Part shown: positions 50,049 through 63,353 of the stretch, in pieces
Layout of the letters: the number at the start of each line of letters is the position of its first letter
Numbering within the stretch: the first letter of the stretch is position 1
DNA from: Eremomyces bilateralis CBS 781.70
Taxonomy: Eukaryota
Direction: 5' to 3' (one strand)
Length of the DNA stretch: 64,000 nucleotides
NCBI GenBank assembly: GCA_010015585.1
Contig: ML975153.1
The notes under the pieces: generated by a model
The model's input: the letters and a program-made list of their open reading frames with translations, nothing else
Told to the model about the DNA's origin: nothing
The model's database searches: none
Program-made: the position numbers and the translations under genes

Positions 50049-51830
50049 ATGAAGCCGTTAAAAGTTCTGAACGTGTTCGCCAGAAGTCGAACGCCTCCGT
50101 TAGATGAAGGAGATCCAATATCCATCCCTTCAAAGGACGAGAAAGGCAACAATCATGATCCACTGCCAGATCCAGACGTGGGATTAAACGTTGAGGAAAG
50201 GGCACAATTGGTATTCCAACTTGAATCTGCAATTCTTATGCCTGAGCTGACTGAAACCATCATAGGACAAGAAACTTGTTCGAAAACTCGACTGGAAATT
50301 AATCCCATGGGTATATCTCTCCCTGTTCTACTGGCGCAGTGTCTAACCACTATAGCTTTCTTTATTATATCTCATCTCCTTCCTGGACAGAGCGAACATC
50401 GGCAACGCCCGGATATATGGCCTGGAGGAAGACCTGGGGATGTCTGATACCCAATACAGCATCGCCCTGACCGTCTTCTTCATCAGCTATTCCGTGTTCG
50501 AGCCGGCCACGAACGTCATGCTCAAGCAATTCCGTCCCCGAATCTTCATCCCGGCGATCATGGTCGTCTGGGCCATCATCATGACGTGCATGGGGCTGGT
50601 CCAGAACTACGGTGGCCTGCTCGCCGCGCGGTTCCTGCTTGGAATGGCGGAGGCGGGCTTGTTTCCGGGGGTCAACTATTACCTATCCTGCTGGTACAAA
50701 CGATCCGAGTTCGGCGTTCGCGCGGCGATCTTCTTCTCCGCGGCCGCGTTTGCGGGTTCATTCGGGGGATTGCTGGCCGCCGCAATCGCACAGATGGATG
50801 GCGTGGGAGGGAAGCCGGGGTGGGCGTGGATTTTCATCCTCGAGGTTTGTTAATCTGCCGATTTCCGACCGCGTGCACTGACATGATCAGGGTCTTGCAT
50901 CGATTTGTTTTGGGATCGCATCCTACTGGATGGTTCAAGATTTCCCAAGCGACGCCACGTTTCTCGACGAGAAAGAGAAGCTACGGGTCCTCCGCCGACT
51001 GAGAGCAGATAAGCAAGCCAGCTCAAAGCATGAGAAGTACCACAACACTTTCGCGAAGCAGGCGCTGTCGGATTGGAAAACCTACCTGTTCATGATCATC
51101 TACGGCGGCAGCGCGGGCAGCCTCTATGCATATTCGCTCTTCCTGCCCACGATCATCAAAGAGATGGGCTACACGTCCACGAAAGCGAACTTGCTGTCCG
51201 TCCCACCGTACGCAGCGGCGGCCGTCCTGACCATCCTGGTGGGCTGGCACGCCGACAAGACGAACAAGCGAGCCCGTGCCAACACCGCCATCCCCCTCCT
51301 TGCCGTCATCGGGTTTGCCATGCTTCTTGGCTCCGATAACGCCGGCGTCAAGTACACGGGGACGTATTTGGCGGCGCTGGGCATCTATCCCACCATCTCG
51401 AACACGATCACGTGGGCAAGCAACAATGTCGAGGGAGTTTTCAAACGTGGCATCGTCCTAGGCATGGTAATCGGGTGAGTTCACGCTATAAAACTGAGTG
51501 AAGAACCACTGACATATGGAAATAGTTGGGGGAATTTGAACGGAATCGTGGCGAGCAACATCTACAAAGCGCAGGATGGGCCGCGCTTTATCGTCGGCCA
51601 TTCGGTCGTCCTAGCCTACATCGTCGTGTTCCTCTTTGGTGGCAGTGTTGTCACGGCTGTTTCTCTCACCACTGAAAACAAGAAACGACGGAATGGGCAG
51701 AGGGACCATTGGGTGGAGGGTAAGAGCCCGGATGAAGTAGAGCAGCGTGGAGATAAGAGGTAAGACCTTTCCCAAACACCCGCAACTAGAGGCTGACGGA
51801 GTTAGACCGGATTTCATTTATGTTGTGTAA
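50049..51830 (+). CDS. MFS transporter, anion:cation symporter (allantoate / nicotinate permease) family, 6 exons
   Basis: DKKLVRKLDWKLIPW|LSLLYLISFLDRANIGNAR, RFLLGMAEAGLFPG, YLSCWYKR, GWAWIFILE|G and GDKRPDFIY. Confidence 0.93.
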
Positions 51831-52861
51831 AGTACACTTTTACCTAGTTAGTGGTAGCTGGGTGTAGATATCATGGGTTCTTCGATTTGATTCCCGGTAC
51901 TTGGGTTAGACATTTTAGTGACGGGCACTATATGGCCTGAGATCTAATGGTAGTTATAGATAATAGTATTAGCTGATATATAGACAGTGCGTTAAGACAT
52001 GGTAGTCTATAATTTTAACAGAAATGATTTTATTATACTCTTTTGATGCCTTGTGGAAACACTGTGTTTCAGAACGTAGCTTGTATCAAGGTCCTACGGT
52101 CCCATAGGAGTTTCGCTCCTTGGATTGTTTCGATGCTCCTTACAACTAGATCAAAGGCGCAAACTATAGGTGATGATGGAGTCGAGGCTCTTGAGCTTCT
52201 AGTTCGTGGTGGGATTTCAGTCTCTGGTCTACCTGAAGAACAGGACTGATGCGTGCTTAGATTGCAGGTATTCTCTTTCAATGCTTTACTCTGGTCAAAT
52301 ATCAGTCGAGACTTAGTCTGCATGACGCCAACTCGAAGAAAACGGTATGAAGAGAACGCTTTTAATATTTGAACGGGATGGCGACGCCGTCCAAGAAACC
52401 GATCATCGATGACGATTCATAATTAGCCGGCCGAGCCAACGTGCCAGGTCCGCCCGTATTCCATCTGCATTATCCAATCTCCGCAGCCGTCAGAATCGCG
52501 GGATCGAAATCCGCGCCGCGCGCAGGTCAAATGACTCTCAAGAAAATCCGAAAGATATGGTACATCAAGACATCAAGGTATGGACTCCATGCGCGAAAAA
52601 AAAGACAATGACTCCCGCCGTTTTGAAACGCCGAACAACCCCCGTGTGAACCAATCGAACCCGGCCGTGGGCGCGCGGTCTGACGTTTCCAGAACATCAT
52701 GACAGCCGCCCGGAACTTTTGGACGGATTCCCAATGCGGCCCTATCGTGCATGCAGACACGGAGTCTACTGCTCCGCATGGGTCCGAAGCCAACCTTTGA
52801 GGAGAACCAAAAAGGACGCCGATACTCGGGCGTGAATAGAAAGCGCAACATCCACGCGCAT

Positions 52862-54610
52862 TCAAAATCTCCCTGTGGTACCGAGCCGGCCGACCAGATC
52901 CCGCAACCCGGCACGGATCCACCACTCGTCATCGATATCTTCGCGCTGCGCCAACCGCGCCAGCACGCTCTGCACCTCCTCCAAGTCCGGGTCCATGAGA
53001 TCTTCCGGCGCCGCGAATTCTGGATCCGCTCGCATCCCGTCGATGACGTCCTGCTCAGTCACGACGTGGGGGCGCTGTCGGCGCCGCGCGCGGTCGCGAT
53101 CCATCGCGTGGCTGCGGCGGACGGTGCGTGGGGAGAGGGGGCGCTGGGCAGGGGGGAGGTAGTGGAGAGCGTCGGTGTGGGCGGGCATCGGGGAGCGGGA
53201 GCCGGGGAGGATGCGGGGTGGGCGGGAATGGAACCCATATGCGTCGGGCGCGAAGTGGATCCGTTCGGGGCCATCGGTTGGGTCTTGCGCGTGGGGTATG
53301 AGGCCGACATGGGGCTCGCGGCGCGTGCGTAGGTTGTGTGGGGCGTCGAACGCAACGGTATCGAGCGGATGAAGACGGGGGGGAGCGGTTGGGGCTCGGG
53401 GTGGCATGGACGAGGGTTGAGATCGAAGGGGGTCAAGAGGTGCGGTGGATTGATCGCGGAAACTAGGATTTCCGCTCGGGAGGGGATTGGTATCTCCATC
53501 GATATCCGTATCTTGATCGCAATCGGATACAGAATCGGTGGTGTAGTGCCGAACCCTATAGGACGGAACAGGGGGAGGTTGACGACGATCGGATCGTCGC
53601 GAGTGCTCCGGGAGTGGCTCTTCATCCTCCGAGGACTGGTTAAAAGGCACGGTCAAATGGGTTTGCGAAGAACGAGCCGAGTACGAGGTGCTGTTCGAGC
53701 GGGAATTCGACTGCGACCGAGAATCCGACCCTTCGCGTGGGTTTGATTCCGGGCGGGCTCCTGAAAAAGATGCGGTTGCGACGGCAGTGGTGAAGGATGA
53801 ACCTGCACTGGGAGGATGAGGATCCGGAGTGATGGTCGTTAGCATCGTTTCCCAGCTGTCCTCGTCTGGAGGGAGGCTTCGCTCGCGGTCACCCAATCCA
53901 TCAACACGAGCTCTGCTCGAGTTTCCTGGGACCTGGGTTTCCTCACGACCCGACGGATCCGCAAGGTCATTGACGGAGCGTCCACTCATGCGGCGCAAGG
54001 GTGGAAAGTCATCGGGGTACCCGAACGGCGTCGAGCGCGACGTCGACGTTTGGCTATCTTGACCGGAAATTTCAGCGGGAGGGAGGCTAGCAACGTGCAG
54101 TCGTTGACGCGCATCTAATCTGCTCTCGGCCAACTGCCTGTATGTATCACGATCCTGCGCGTCGCCGAAGGAGACGGCGGTTGACCGGAGCAGCTGGGCC
54201 AGGTTGGCGCCGGAGGAATGTTGGAAATTTTGGAGCTCGTCCAAGGACGTCCATGCCGAACGAGGATCGTACGGTCGACGAGATCTCTCGGTCGCGGAAC
54301 CAGAGATGGTGCCTGAGGCGACGTGCACGCGTCGATGAGGGGCAGCACGCGATACCTGGGGTGAACGACGTCGGCGAATGGGGGATCGTTGTGCGACAGA
54401 CGCATCGGCTCTTGCTTTGGCGGTGTCAACCGGCACAGGAGCTTTCCATACTCTAAAGACGCGATATGACGGTCAGTGGGGATCCCTCAATTGACGCAAC
54501 GCATGATTTTGGACTTCGTTTTGGACTTCATTGTGATGCGCACGGTCTTGCGACGGGGCTGGAGGAACAATGTCGGGGTAAACATGAACCATGACTTACG
54601 GGAGACCCAT
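52862..54610 (-). CDS. conserved fungal hypothetical protein, largely disordered, 2 exons
   Basis: 11-nt first exon (MGLP), intron 54453-54599. Motifs RSPIRR, DGLGDRERSL, WETMLTTITPDPHPPSAGSSF and LARLAQREDIDDEWW..AGL. Confidence 0.8.
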
Positions 54611-55387
54611 GATGGCGCGTGGGGTTCCGAACGAGACTGCGCGGGTGTGAAAAGACAACGAGAAGAAAGTATTGAGGAGAGGAGAGGAAATCACAAGAAT
54701 ATGAAAAGATAGCGGCCGAGAGATATTGACGCGAGAGAAGGGGAAGCAGATGGAGGATGGAAAGGCGGATTTAGGCCGGGCTGCGGCTCTCTGGTGATGT
54801 GATGATGTGTGGAGGGTGGAGTTTCTGGGGGTTTTGCGCGAGGCTGAGACGAGGAGGAGGACGGGGGGAAGGTAGGGAGGGAGGTGGTGAATTGGTGGTG
54901 AATTGGGGGGAGGAAAAAGAAGCGCGAAAGGCGGAGGGGGCTGGTTCTCAGGCGATGAGGCGATGAGGCGATAAGTGAGGTGTGCACCACAGTTTTTTGC
55001 GTTTCAATACAACTTATCCTCATCGATGATTGGACCCCTTGTCTTAGTATTGTAATGTATCGCAGCGTAAGGAATATGAAATTCAGCCACAACGGCAGCC
55101 CAGGCCCCTGGTCGACCCTGGGAGATGGTAGTCTGGGCAGTCTCGGCTGCGCGTCTATCCGCCAATCGCTCCACCTGAGTCATGTTCATCAAAACATCGC
55201 AGCAGATCCTGCGTCAAGCTGCGAGCCAGCATAGGCAGTTGCATCAAGAAAACATATCAGATCTCATTCAAGCTCTCTCACTCCTATAACCTGCTACAAG
55301 GAGGCAACCATGGGTTTGGAATGTTGAGTCAATGGCGATAATGACGCGTTCTCAAGGTTTACAATTCTCTGTTTCCTTTACCCCGAC

Positions 55388-56695
55388 ATGATCGACTTAG
55401 GTCTATCCCGGATTACCCGACTTCTGGAGCCTCTCCTGTCATCAAAGCTATCATGGCATGCCGTTCACATTGCCGGGACTAATGGCAAGGGGTCGATCGC
55501 TGCATATGTCTCGACCATGCTTCGCCATGCCAACGTTCGTGTGGGGAAATTCACCTCCCCTCATCTCATTGATCGCTGGGACTGCATCGCGATCAATGGC
55601 AGGCCGGTCAGCGAGGGCTTGTTTCGATCGGTCGAGGATCTGGTCATAGCGAGGAATCGACAGGACGAGATCCACGCAAGCGAGTTTGAGGTTCTCACTG
55701 CAACGGCTTTTGAGCTCTTCTCCCGCGAGCGAGTCCAAATCGGCGTCATCGAATGTGGGATGGGAGGCGCCAGGGATGCCACGAATGTGCTTCGTCCCGA
55801 GCATGTGGCCGTCAGTGTCGTCGCCAAGATAGGACTCGATCATCAGTCGTACTTAGGCAACACGATTGACGAGATTGCGAAAGAAAAGGCCGGGATCCTC
55901 AAGCGAGGGGTTCCGTTTGTACTTGACTTTTCGAATCCGTCGAGTGTCCTCCAGGTCATCCGCAACGTCGGTCGCGATGTTGGAGCTCGGGATGCGGACG
56001 GCATAAGCACACCGCATCCGCCATGGGATCTGGACTTCCAAACCTATCTCGAGCAATCTCGACTTCCTGTGCACCAGCAGCAGAACCTTCGATGTGCATA
56101 CGAGGCCGTGAAATGCATCTGGCCGATGCTCGGCCTTGGACCGATTCACGGACCAGATCTGCTTCGTGTGTCGAGGTCGCTGTATATGCCAGGACGACTT
56201 CAGAAAGAGGACATCTCGTCAATCACGGGCAAGCACACGTTCGCGCTTGTGGACGGCGCTCACAACTCACAGTCAGCCGATGCCTTGGCAGACCATGTAG
56301 ACTCCAACATCCGAACCAGTGACGGAACCTCGGACCTGCGCCCAGTCACCTGGATATTGGCCTTCTCCCAAGGCAAGTCCATTGCGACCATATTGAACCG
56401 ACTGGTTCGTTCTAGAGATCGCATCATCGCTGTGGAGTTCGGTCCTGTGGATGGCATGCCTTGGGTCCAACCCGTTCGACCCGAAGATCTGGTTCACGAA
56501 GTCGTGGAGTTGCATCCGGATGTTCATACGACGCTGTGCAGCCGAGATCTGAAGCGTGCCATGATGCTTGCCAGCGATCAAGCGGACTTGCCAATCGTTA
56601 TTGCAGGCAGTTTGTATCTCGTTGCTGACATTATGAGACTGCTGAAAGCTGAAGATCCGAATCATCCTCTGAACGCAGCGGATGAGTCTGCTTAA
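55388..56695 (+). CDS. FOL3: dihydrofolate synthetase (FolC family)
   Basis: MIDLGLSRI, HIAGTNGKGS, FTSPHLIDRWDCI, ECGMGGARDATN, DGAHN and GSLYLV. Confidence 0.92.
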   Translation: MIDLGLSRITRLLEPLLSSKLSWHAVHIAGTNGKGSIAAYVSTMLRHANVRVGKFTSPHLIDRWDCIAINGRPVSEGLFRSVEDLVIARNRQDEIHASEFEVLTATAFELFSRERVQIGVIECGMGGARDATNVLRPEHVAVSVVAKIGLDHQSYLGNTIDEIAKEKAGILKRGVPFVLDFSNPSSVLQVIRNVGRDVGARDADGISTPHPPWDLDFQTYLEQSRLPVHQQQNLRCAYEAVKCIWPMLGLGPIHGPDLLRVSRSLYMPGRLQKEDISSITGKHTFALVDGAHNSQSADALADHVDSNIRTSDGTSDLRPVTWILAFSQGKSIATILNRLVRSRDRIIAVEFGPVDGMPWVQPVRPEDLVHEVVELHPDVHTTLCSRDLKRAMMLASDQADLPIVIAGSLYLVADIMRLLKAEDPNHPLNAADESA

Positions 56696-57544
56696 TTATA
56701 CCCTATTCTCTCTGCGATATGGGAGCAGGTGCGGGTAGACGTCGCGAGGAGTGCAGAAAAGAAGTCTAGAGAAAGTCTCGATCCTCTTTCATTCCAGGAC
56801 TTACTTGCTTCGGGATATCTTGTCGCTCCCTATTCATAGCGACTAAGAAGTTAGCTTATCCCAAAGTTTAGCTTCAATACAGCAAGTCTATAGTCCGCGG
56901 TTCAATCGTCAAGCGATTTTTATGTTAGGCTGTGCATATTCTCTCACGCACTTCTCCGGCTGTTCCTCTTGTGTTTCAAGTGTGGTCTATCATGGCCTGA
57001 CGCAATTGGTGGATTTCCCAACTTGGACTGTGCAGTTCTAGTCAATATGCAACTTTAAAATTCCCAGAACGGGGGAAAGCTTATGATTGGATTAATCTAT
57101 TTTCATGTCCAGATGATCTGTTCTGGTCGCCGTTATTGCTCTCTCCACGGAAATCACACGTCTGTCAATTTCCTTGCAATCAAATACACTCAAACCAGTT
57201 CGCTTTCAGCAGAACACTGCACATCAAAGGTGATTCTCACCACTATGACCCTCCTGCTTCAAAGGTTTCCGTGCTGGTAACGTAACTCCATTGTATATGC
57301 TCAATATGTCCCTGATTTATTTCCTGGGGTAGATGCCCATTTATGCCAAACTGCTCGGATCCCTCCAGGCCTTGTCGATAGAGGGAAAATGTGGAATCTG
57401 TTAGTAATTAAAATGCCTGCTAGAAGCATCTCTTCCAGACCAAATAAAGTATTTCTCTTTCCCTCCGAGTCAAGATGAACGTTGCGAAGTCTCATCATCA
57501 CGGAACCTGCTGTCGGATGCCGCGTCGCGACCTTGCTGTCCACG

Positions 57545-59406
57545 ATGATCCTCCCTTTTACCGCACTGTTCTTCGTCGTTAACGCCCTGGGAGTCCTGGG
57601 CCAGAAACCGTTCTTGGAAAAGGCAGGGGACCGGCAATGGCGCATTGGGAACAACCTGTGGAGCATTGTTCAAGGTCGAGACACTGCTACCAAGTTGCAG
57701 TTCAAAGGCCGTGACCTCGTTTCTGGGACGAAGGGCCACTATCTGAGCATTGGCGAGTATGGGAACAGTGGTCGGATTACCCGTTTCTGATATGTTATAG
57801 ATGGCAAAACGTCGTTGCAATGGACGTCAGCCGATATTGTCCAGCGTGGGTCCGACTTCATAGATATCCGGTTCAATAGCAACGAAGGAGAGGTACGCCT
57901 TTCTTCCCTCTGAATTATTCGAGCATGACATAATCCTCCTCGGACAGATGCACTGGGTGATCAAGGACAACGAACCGGGCGCCCACCAATACTTCGTCAA
58001 TAAACGGCTACCGCGCATCGGGGAGTTTCGCTCCATCTTACGCCTCGATCCAGGCCTCTTCCCGAAGGGCCGCACCAGCGTGAAGGATGGTAACCTCCCG
58101 AGCTTGTCGGATATCAAGAAGAGTACCAAGACGCAAGACGAGACATGGAAAAAGTCGGACGGATCGTACATTACTAAGTACGATTGGAGCGATAATGTGA
58201 GGTCGATGGACTTCTATGGAGTCTACGGGGGGAGCTTTGGAGCATGGTATATGCATGCAGGGCGAGACTACTTCAATGGCAATCACCTCAAGCAAGAGTT
58301 GATGGTAAGTTTCCGTCACTCCTAACTCGTTCCAATATTCCTTCCACATTAGGACGATCCGTTCTGACCTGGCTCTTCAGGTCCATCGTGAAACAAACTC
58401 CGGAGATGCGGTCATGCTGAACATGATCCACGGCACTCATTTCCAAGCCTCGTCCGCCGATGAGCCTCCGTCGGGTAAGATGTGGGGACCGTGGTTCCTG
58501 TATTTCAACGGCGGATCCGTTGCCGATGCCAAATCCCGCTACGAAAGCGAAGTCAAGCAATGGCCATACTCATGGGTGACCGACGCCGCATACAAGTCTC
58601 GAGGGGTTGTGTCCGGGGATTTGACCCTTCAAGATGGTCGTCCTGCAGCCGGCGCCGCCGTGTTCCTGGGAGATAACAATCCAACCAAAACCGATATGGA
58701 CATGGGGACTACCTACTACTACACCGCCTATGCGGATGCGGAGGGGCAGTTCTCGATCCCCAATGTGCGGTCTGGTACCTACGGCCTTCGTGCATGGGCA
58801 AACGGCGGAAACATCAGTGACGTTCTCACGACCTTTTCGAAGAACGGCGTCACGGTAACGGCGGGACAGACCAACGCTTTAGGCGCGTTGCAATGGCCTC
58901 TTCCCGGCCGCCAAAAGGTGTTCCAAGTCGGTGAATATGACCGCAAATCCACAGGATTTGGCCCTGCCGACCGGCCAATGTTTCAAGCCGGGCTCATCGA
59001 TCGATGTCCTGCATCCCTCACGTATACCGTGGGGCGTTCAAGCCCTGCGGATTGGTGTTTCGGGATGTATAAACGAGGAACGTGGACAATCGCGTTCACG
59101 CTTGACGATCCACCGCCGGCAGGTAAACAGGCGATCCTCACGGTGAGCTTGGCTGGTTATTCAGGCATGTCGTGCGGTGTAACGGTGAACAAAAAAACGA
59201 ATATTGGAAGCTTCCGGTCGTCTAATCCAGCGAGCGACCCAGGCACCTACCGAAGCGCAACTGTTAATGGGGAGTGGAGGCTGTGGGAGTATAAGTTCAG
59301 CGGCAGTGCGTTGCAAAAAGGAGCGAACACCGTTGAGTTTACTGTCAATGAAGAGCAGCAGTGGAGGGGGATACTTTGGGATACTGTCGTGCTGGAATTC
59401 GCTTAG
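57545..59406 (+). CDS. secreted rhamnogalacturonan lyase (PL4), 4 exons
   Basis: Signal peptide; LGEFR-like IGEFRSILRLD, QDETW, ITKYDWS, DYFNGNHLKQELM|VHRE, GPWFLYFN and WDTVVLE. Confidence 0.9.
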
Positions 59407-59581
59407 TCAATACGACGAATATGTTTCAGTGAAATTGAATTTGAGAGTCTCCATGTAACGAAACAAACTCGTCGACAATGGGTACTTGCCAAGCAAACTC
59501 CCAAGAATATCGCCGTTCGCATCGCTCCAACGCCCATACACATCCTATACTAATAGACCAAGCGAGATCACCCAGCAACGA

Positions 59582-60467
59582 TCAACCATCCACCTTTTCT
59601 GCGCTCTCAGCAACCTCAGCAGCCGTTTCCGCGGGTTCCGTTTGCTCCAGGGCAGATTTATCAACGTCGACTTCCGTGGACGGGACTGCCGCATCGTCGC
59701 TGAGCTCCTCGACCAGCGCCTTCACGATGTCCACGGTCTTCGCCGGACCTCCTTCTTCGAGTACCAACACCTTTCCGGCCTTGTCGACCGCGAAGACACC
59801 CCGTTTGGTCCCTTTTGGCGATTTCATCAAACCAAGAGACTTGATCAGATCAAACCCGGGGTCACACAGGAGCGGGTAGGGAAGCTTCTGTTTGGTCGCA
59901 AAGGTGGTGTTTGCCTTTGTGGAGTCCCCGGAAAGGCCATATATCTTGAGGCCGGTGGCCGTAAGGGGCGTATATGAGTCGCGGAAGAGGCAAACTTGAT
60001 TTGTGCCTGATACATGTCAACACCGCACGCAAGAGTTTCGCTACCGCCAGCGTACCGCCTAAGGCAAAAACACGGAATGGTGCATGATCAGTTTAGGACC
60101 GTCATTGCGAGGGACGAGACCAAGGTTGTGACTCACATCCAGGAGTACTGGCCCTCGGATAAGTGAAGATGACCACACCGGACCCCGAATCCTCTACCAG
60201 GCTCTTCAACGTCACCACTTTCCCCTCGTGTGTGGTGACTTTCCCACCAAACGTCGCGAGGTCGATGACATCGCCTACCTTTGGAGCGCTTGCGGACGTG
60301 GACGTTCCATTGGCCTTGGCGCCTGCTGGTTTGGTCGACAGTTTCTCCTGGACGACTTCCTTGACCTTTGCGACCTTGGATGAAACCCTTGGACCGGACT
60401 TCTTCTTCGCGGGTGGGTCGGGTGCAGGGGCAGCGGGCGCCTTTCGCTTCCGGAGCTCGACAACCAT
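59582..60467 (-). CDS. DOT5: peroxiredoxin Q / BCP (nuclear thiol peroxidase), 2 exons
   Basis: FTYPRASTPG|CTNQVCLFRD, IYGLSGDS, LPYPLLCDP and TKRGVF; Lys-rich N-terminus. Confidence 0.9.
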
Positions 60468-61261
60468 GTTTAGGATGCAATGACAGGAAATGATATGAAG
60501 ACTGAAAACGGAGAACCTTGGAAATTCACGGCGAGGAATGGACGTAGCAAAGGGTAAGCGCTTCGGAATTGGGTGGCTGGGGTTGATGAGGAGAAGCAGG
60601 ATGGAGTGAAGACGACAAGTCGATCATGGAGGTGCAGTGAGGAGCGGAACAATCAACAAACCAATGGTTCCTATCTTGAGCGGGCGTGGCCCTGACCTGG
60701 GAATCGGAGCTAATTAGCGGGCTGGCGCAACGTTAGACGTGCTTACAGCTTAACGGGCGGTCCTGGTACGGCGTAATTTGCATCCCTTGGTGCCATCAAT
60801 CGCGACTTTTGTCGCCGTCTTGGTGAAACTCCTGGACGTGGACAAGGATGAAGATCTAGCCACACCGTTCCACGTGACCAGTATCAACACTTCAACAGAA
60901 CTTTGACATGTCACTCAAACGAAATACAAGTTCCTAGGCGATAATCAGGAAAGTAATGTATCTCGAGGGTAGCAACGGCGTTGGACAGAGTCAATTCTAA
61001 ATCTTGCCTCTCAATTTCCCGTAGTCATCCCTTCAGCCCATAAGTCTGCTCCCTGCCAGCGAGACTCAAATATATCGTCGAGCAAACATTAATATTACAT
61101 GATACTTCGCCGTTCCCTTTTGAGGTACAAGCATATCAGCAGACAACGTATAGATTCCCGGAATTATATTCTATTGTTTGGGGATGATCAGGCTGATACG
61201 GTAATGAGCAGAAATCGCAGGATCTGTCCTTCCAAGGCTCCATTTCATTGCGTCACGCGCC

Positions 61262-62451
61262 ATGGCATCGACTGTAGCCGTACCGAACGGCGACAATGAG
61301 GCCGTTACTCCATTGAGATATGTCGATGTTGGTTCGCATCCGTTTATCCGTTTCTATTCCTGCCATGTCTAATTCCTTCACAGATCGGTATCAATTTGAG
61401 CGACCCAGTTTTCAGGGGGGTCTATCACGGGAAAAAGTGTCATGAAGATGACCTAGAGGACGTCGTGGAACGAGCTATTCGGGTCGGTTGCACCAAATTC
61501 ATGGTCACAGGTTCTGATCTCGAAGAATCTCAAAGAGCCATCGAAGTTGCGCAAGAGTACCGTTCGTTTTGATTTTCCAATTTGATATGAACGATACTGA
61601 CTGAGGTATAGCTGGGCATTGCTATGCAACGGTTGGCGTACACCCATGCTCCTGTCTCCAATTCGACAAACATGCACAAGGTCCAGATGCATATCTGTCG
61701 GAGCTGCGAGAATTAGCAGTCAAAGAGTCTCAGGCGGGGCATGTAGTCGCCTTCGGAGAAATCGGTCTTGACTATGACCGGTTATACCTCTGTCCAAAAG
61801 AGGAGCAACTCAAATACTTCGAGATCCAGCTGGACCTGGCCGTTGAGCTCCAATTGCCACTCTTCCTTCACAGCCGAGCGGCGGCAGAGGACTTTGAACG
61901 TCTGCTTAAGCCACGGCTAGAAAAGCTTCCAAAGGGAGGTCTTGTGCACTCGTTCACCGGGACTCTAGAAGAAATGCAAAGAGCGGTCAATCTCGGTCTT
62001 GACGTCGGGGTTAATGGATGTAGTTTAAAAACCGAGGAGAATCTGGAGGTGGTAAAGCAGATTCCGCTGGAAAGACTGCAGATTGAAACCGACGGACCAT
62101 GGGTATTTATGCCGTAGTCGTCGAAGGATACGGAATGGCTAACCAATCCAATAGTGTGAGATGCGACCATCGCATGCATCAGCAGTGCTTCTGAAAGACG
62201 CGCCTGTATTGCCCAAGTCGGTAAAGAAGGAGAAGTGGGTTAAAGGGGCAATGATCAAGGGACGCAATGAACCAGTCAGCATTCCGCGTGTCGCGCTGGC
62301 CATTGCGAAAATAAAAGGGATATCCGTTGAGGAGGTTTGCAAAGTGTAAGTGAATGCCGCGACGATACAAGATCTCATGCTAATCTAGGGCATCGTACTC
62401 CGTAGATCATCGGCCAACTCGATTCGAATGTTTGGATTAGGACAGTCGTAA
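61262..62451 (+). CDS. TatD family DNase (TATDN1-like), 5 exons
   Basis: LRYVD|IGINLSDPVFRG, ATVGVHP, FGEIGLDYDRL, LPLFLHSR, VHSFTG, IETDGPW|CE and KGRNEP. Confidence 0.93.
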
Positions 62452-63353
62452 CATAGTCAACGTTATTCGAGTCCAAAACTAGCGGATGGTACCGCTCGCC
62501 GCATTCTGCTCGAGGCTTCAAGCTGCACTATGGATATAGCATAGATATTGTGTCACGAATAAAACCTGTTTATTCAAAGACCCGATGTAAATCCAAAGGA
62601 TGGTTACCTAGTGGAACATGCTTGTCATTCATTTCATGTCCTACTATGTAGACTAGAGGTGGGGGTTATCGCATAAACTTGGAACAAAACTTCAATGTTC
62701 TCCATCCGAAATATTGTTCCTAGATCGTAGTTACTCGCAAATTACAGGCTTACGAGTTACGTACCACAGATGATCACCAGGCCCAGATTCCAGAGACCAG
62801 AACGATCGGATCCAAAACGCGTCAACGGAAGCGGATCGAGGGCCAATCGGCGGAGGATTTGGAGATGGGGAATCCGTTGCTCCTCCACAGTAAACGCCAC
62901 CATAACACCCGTTGCCCCCGACAACGCGCCCCGCAATAACGCAAAACAGAGCGACACCCGCACCATTCTAGGTGTAATTCCGGATAATCCGATTGTTGTG
63001 GATGCTATTCAGATAAGGTTCGCTCATCCGGAGTGGTCCCCGAGCGGCTTGTATTCAGATCAACTGCCTAGCGTGATTTGCTGCGGCCAGAAAACCGACC
63101 GTCGTCTGGCGAAACGAGCTGCATACCTGGAATTGTGATTGCGCATTCTCTTCTTCGACTTTCTTCGCATCTAGGACATTTCACCAACACATTAGCCCTC
63201 AAGTTCTTATTTCGGTTCTATCCATCATTCATTGTGAAATTATTTGTTTTCTCTCTTTCTCTCCCCAGCTCCGTGGACCGCATGATGCGGCGAGTCAACT
63301 GGAGTCGCACACCCCCACAGTGCACTACCAAACTCCCGTCATAGGGCGACAAG

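Noticed and set aside
50049..59406. MFS + FOL3 + PL4 lyase as a metabolic gene cluster
   Set aside because: No shared pathway, backbone enzyme or regulator.
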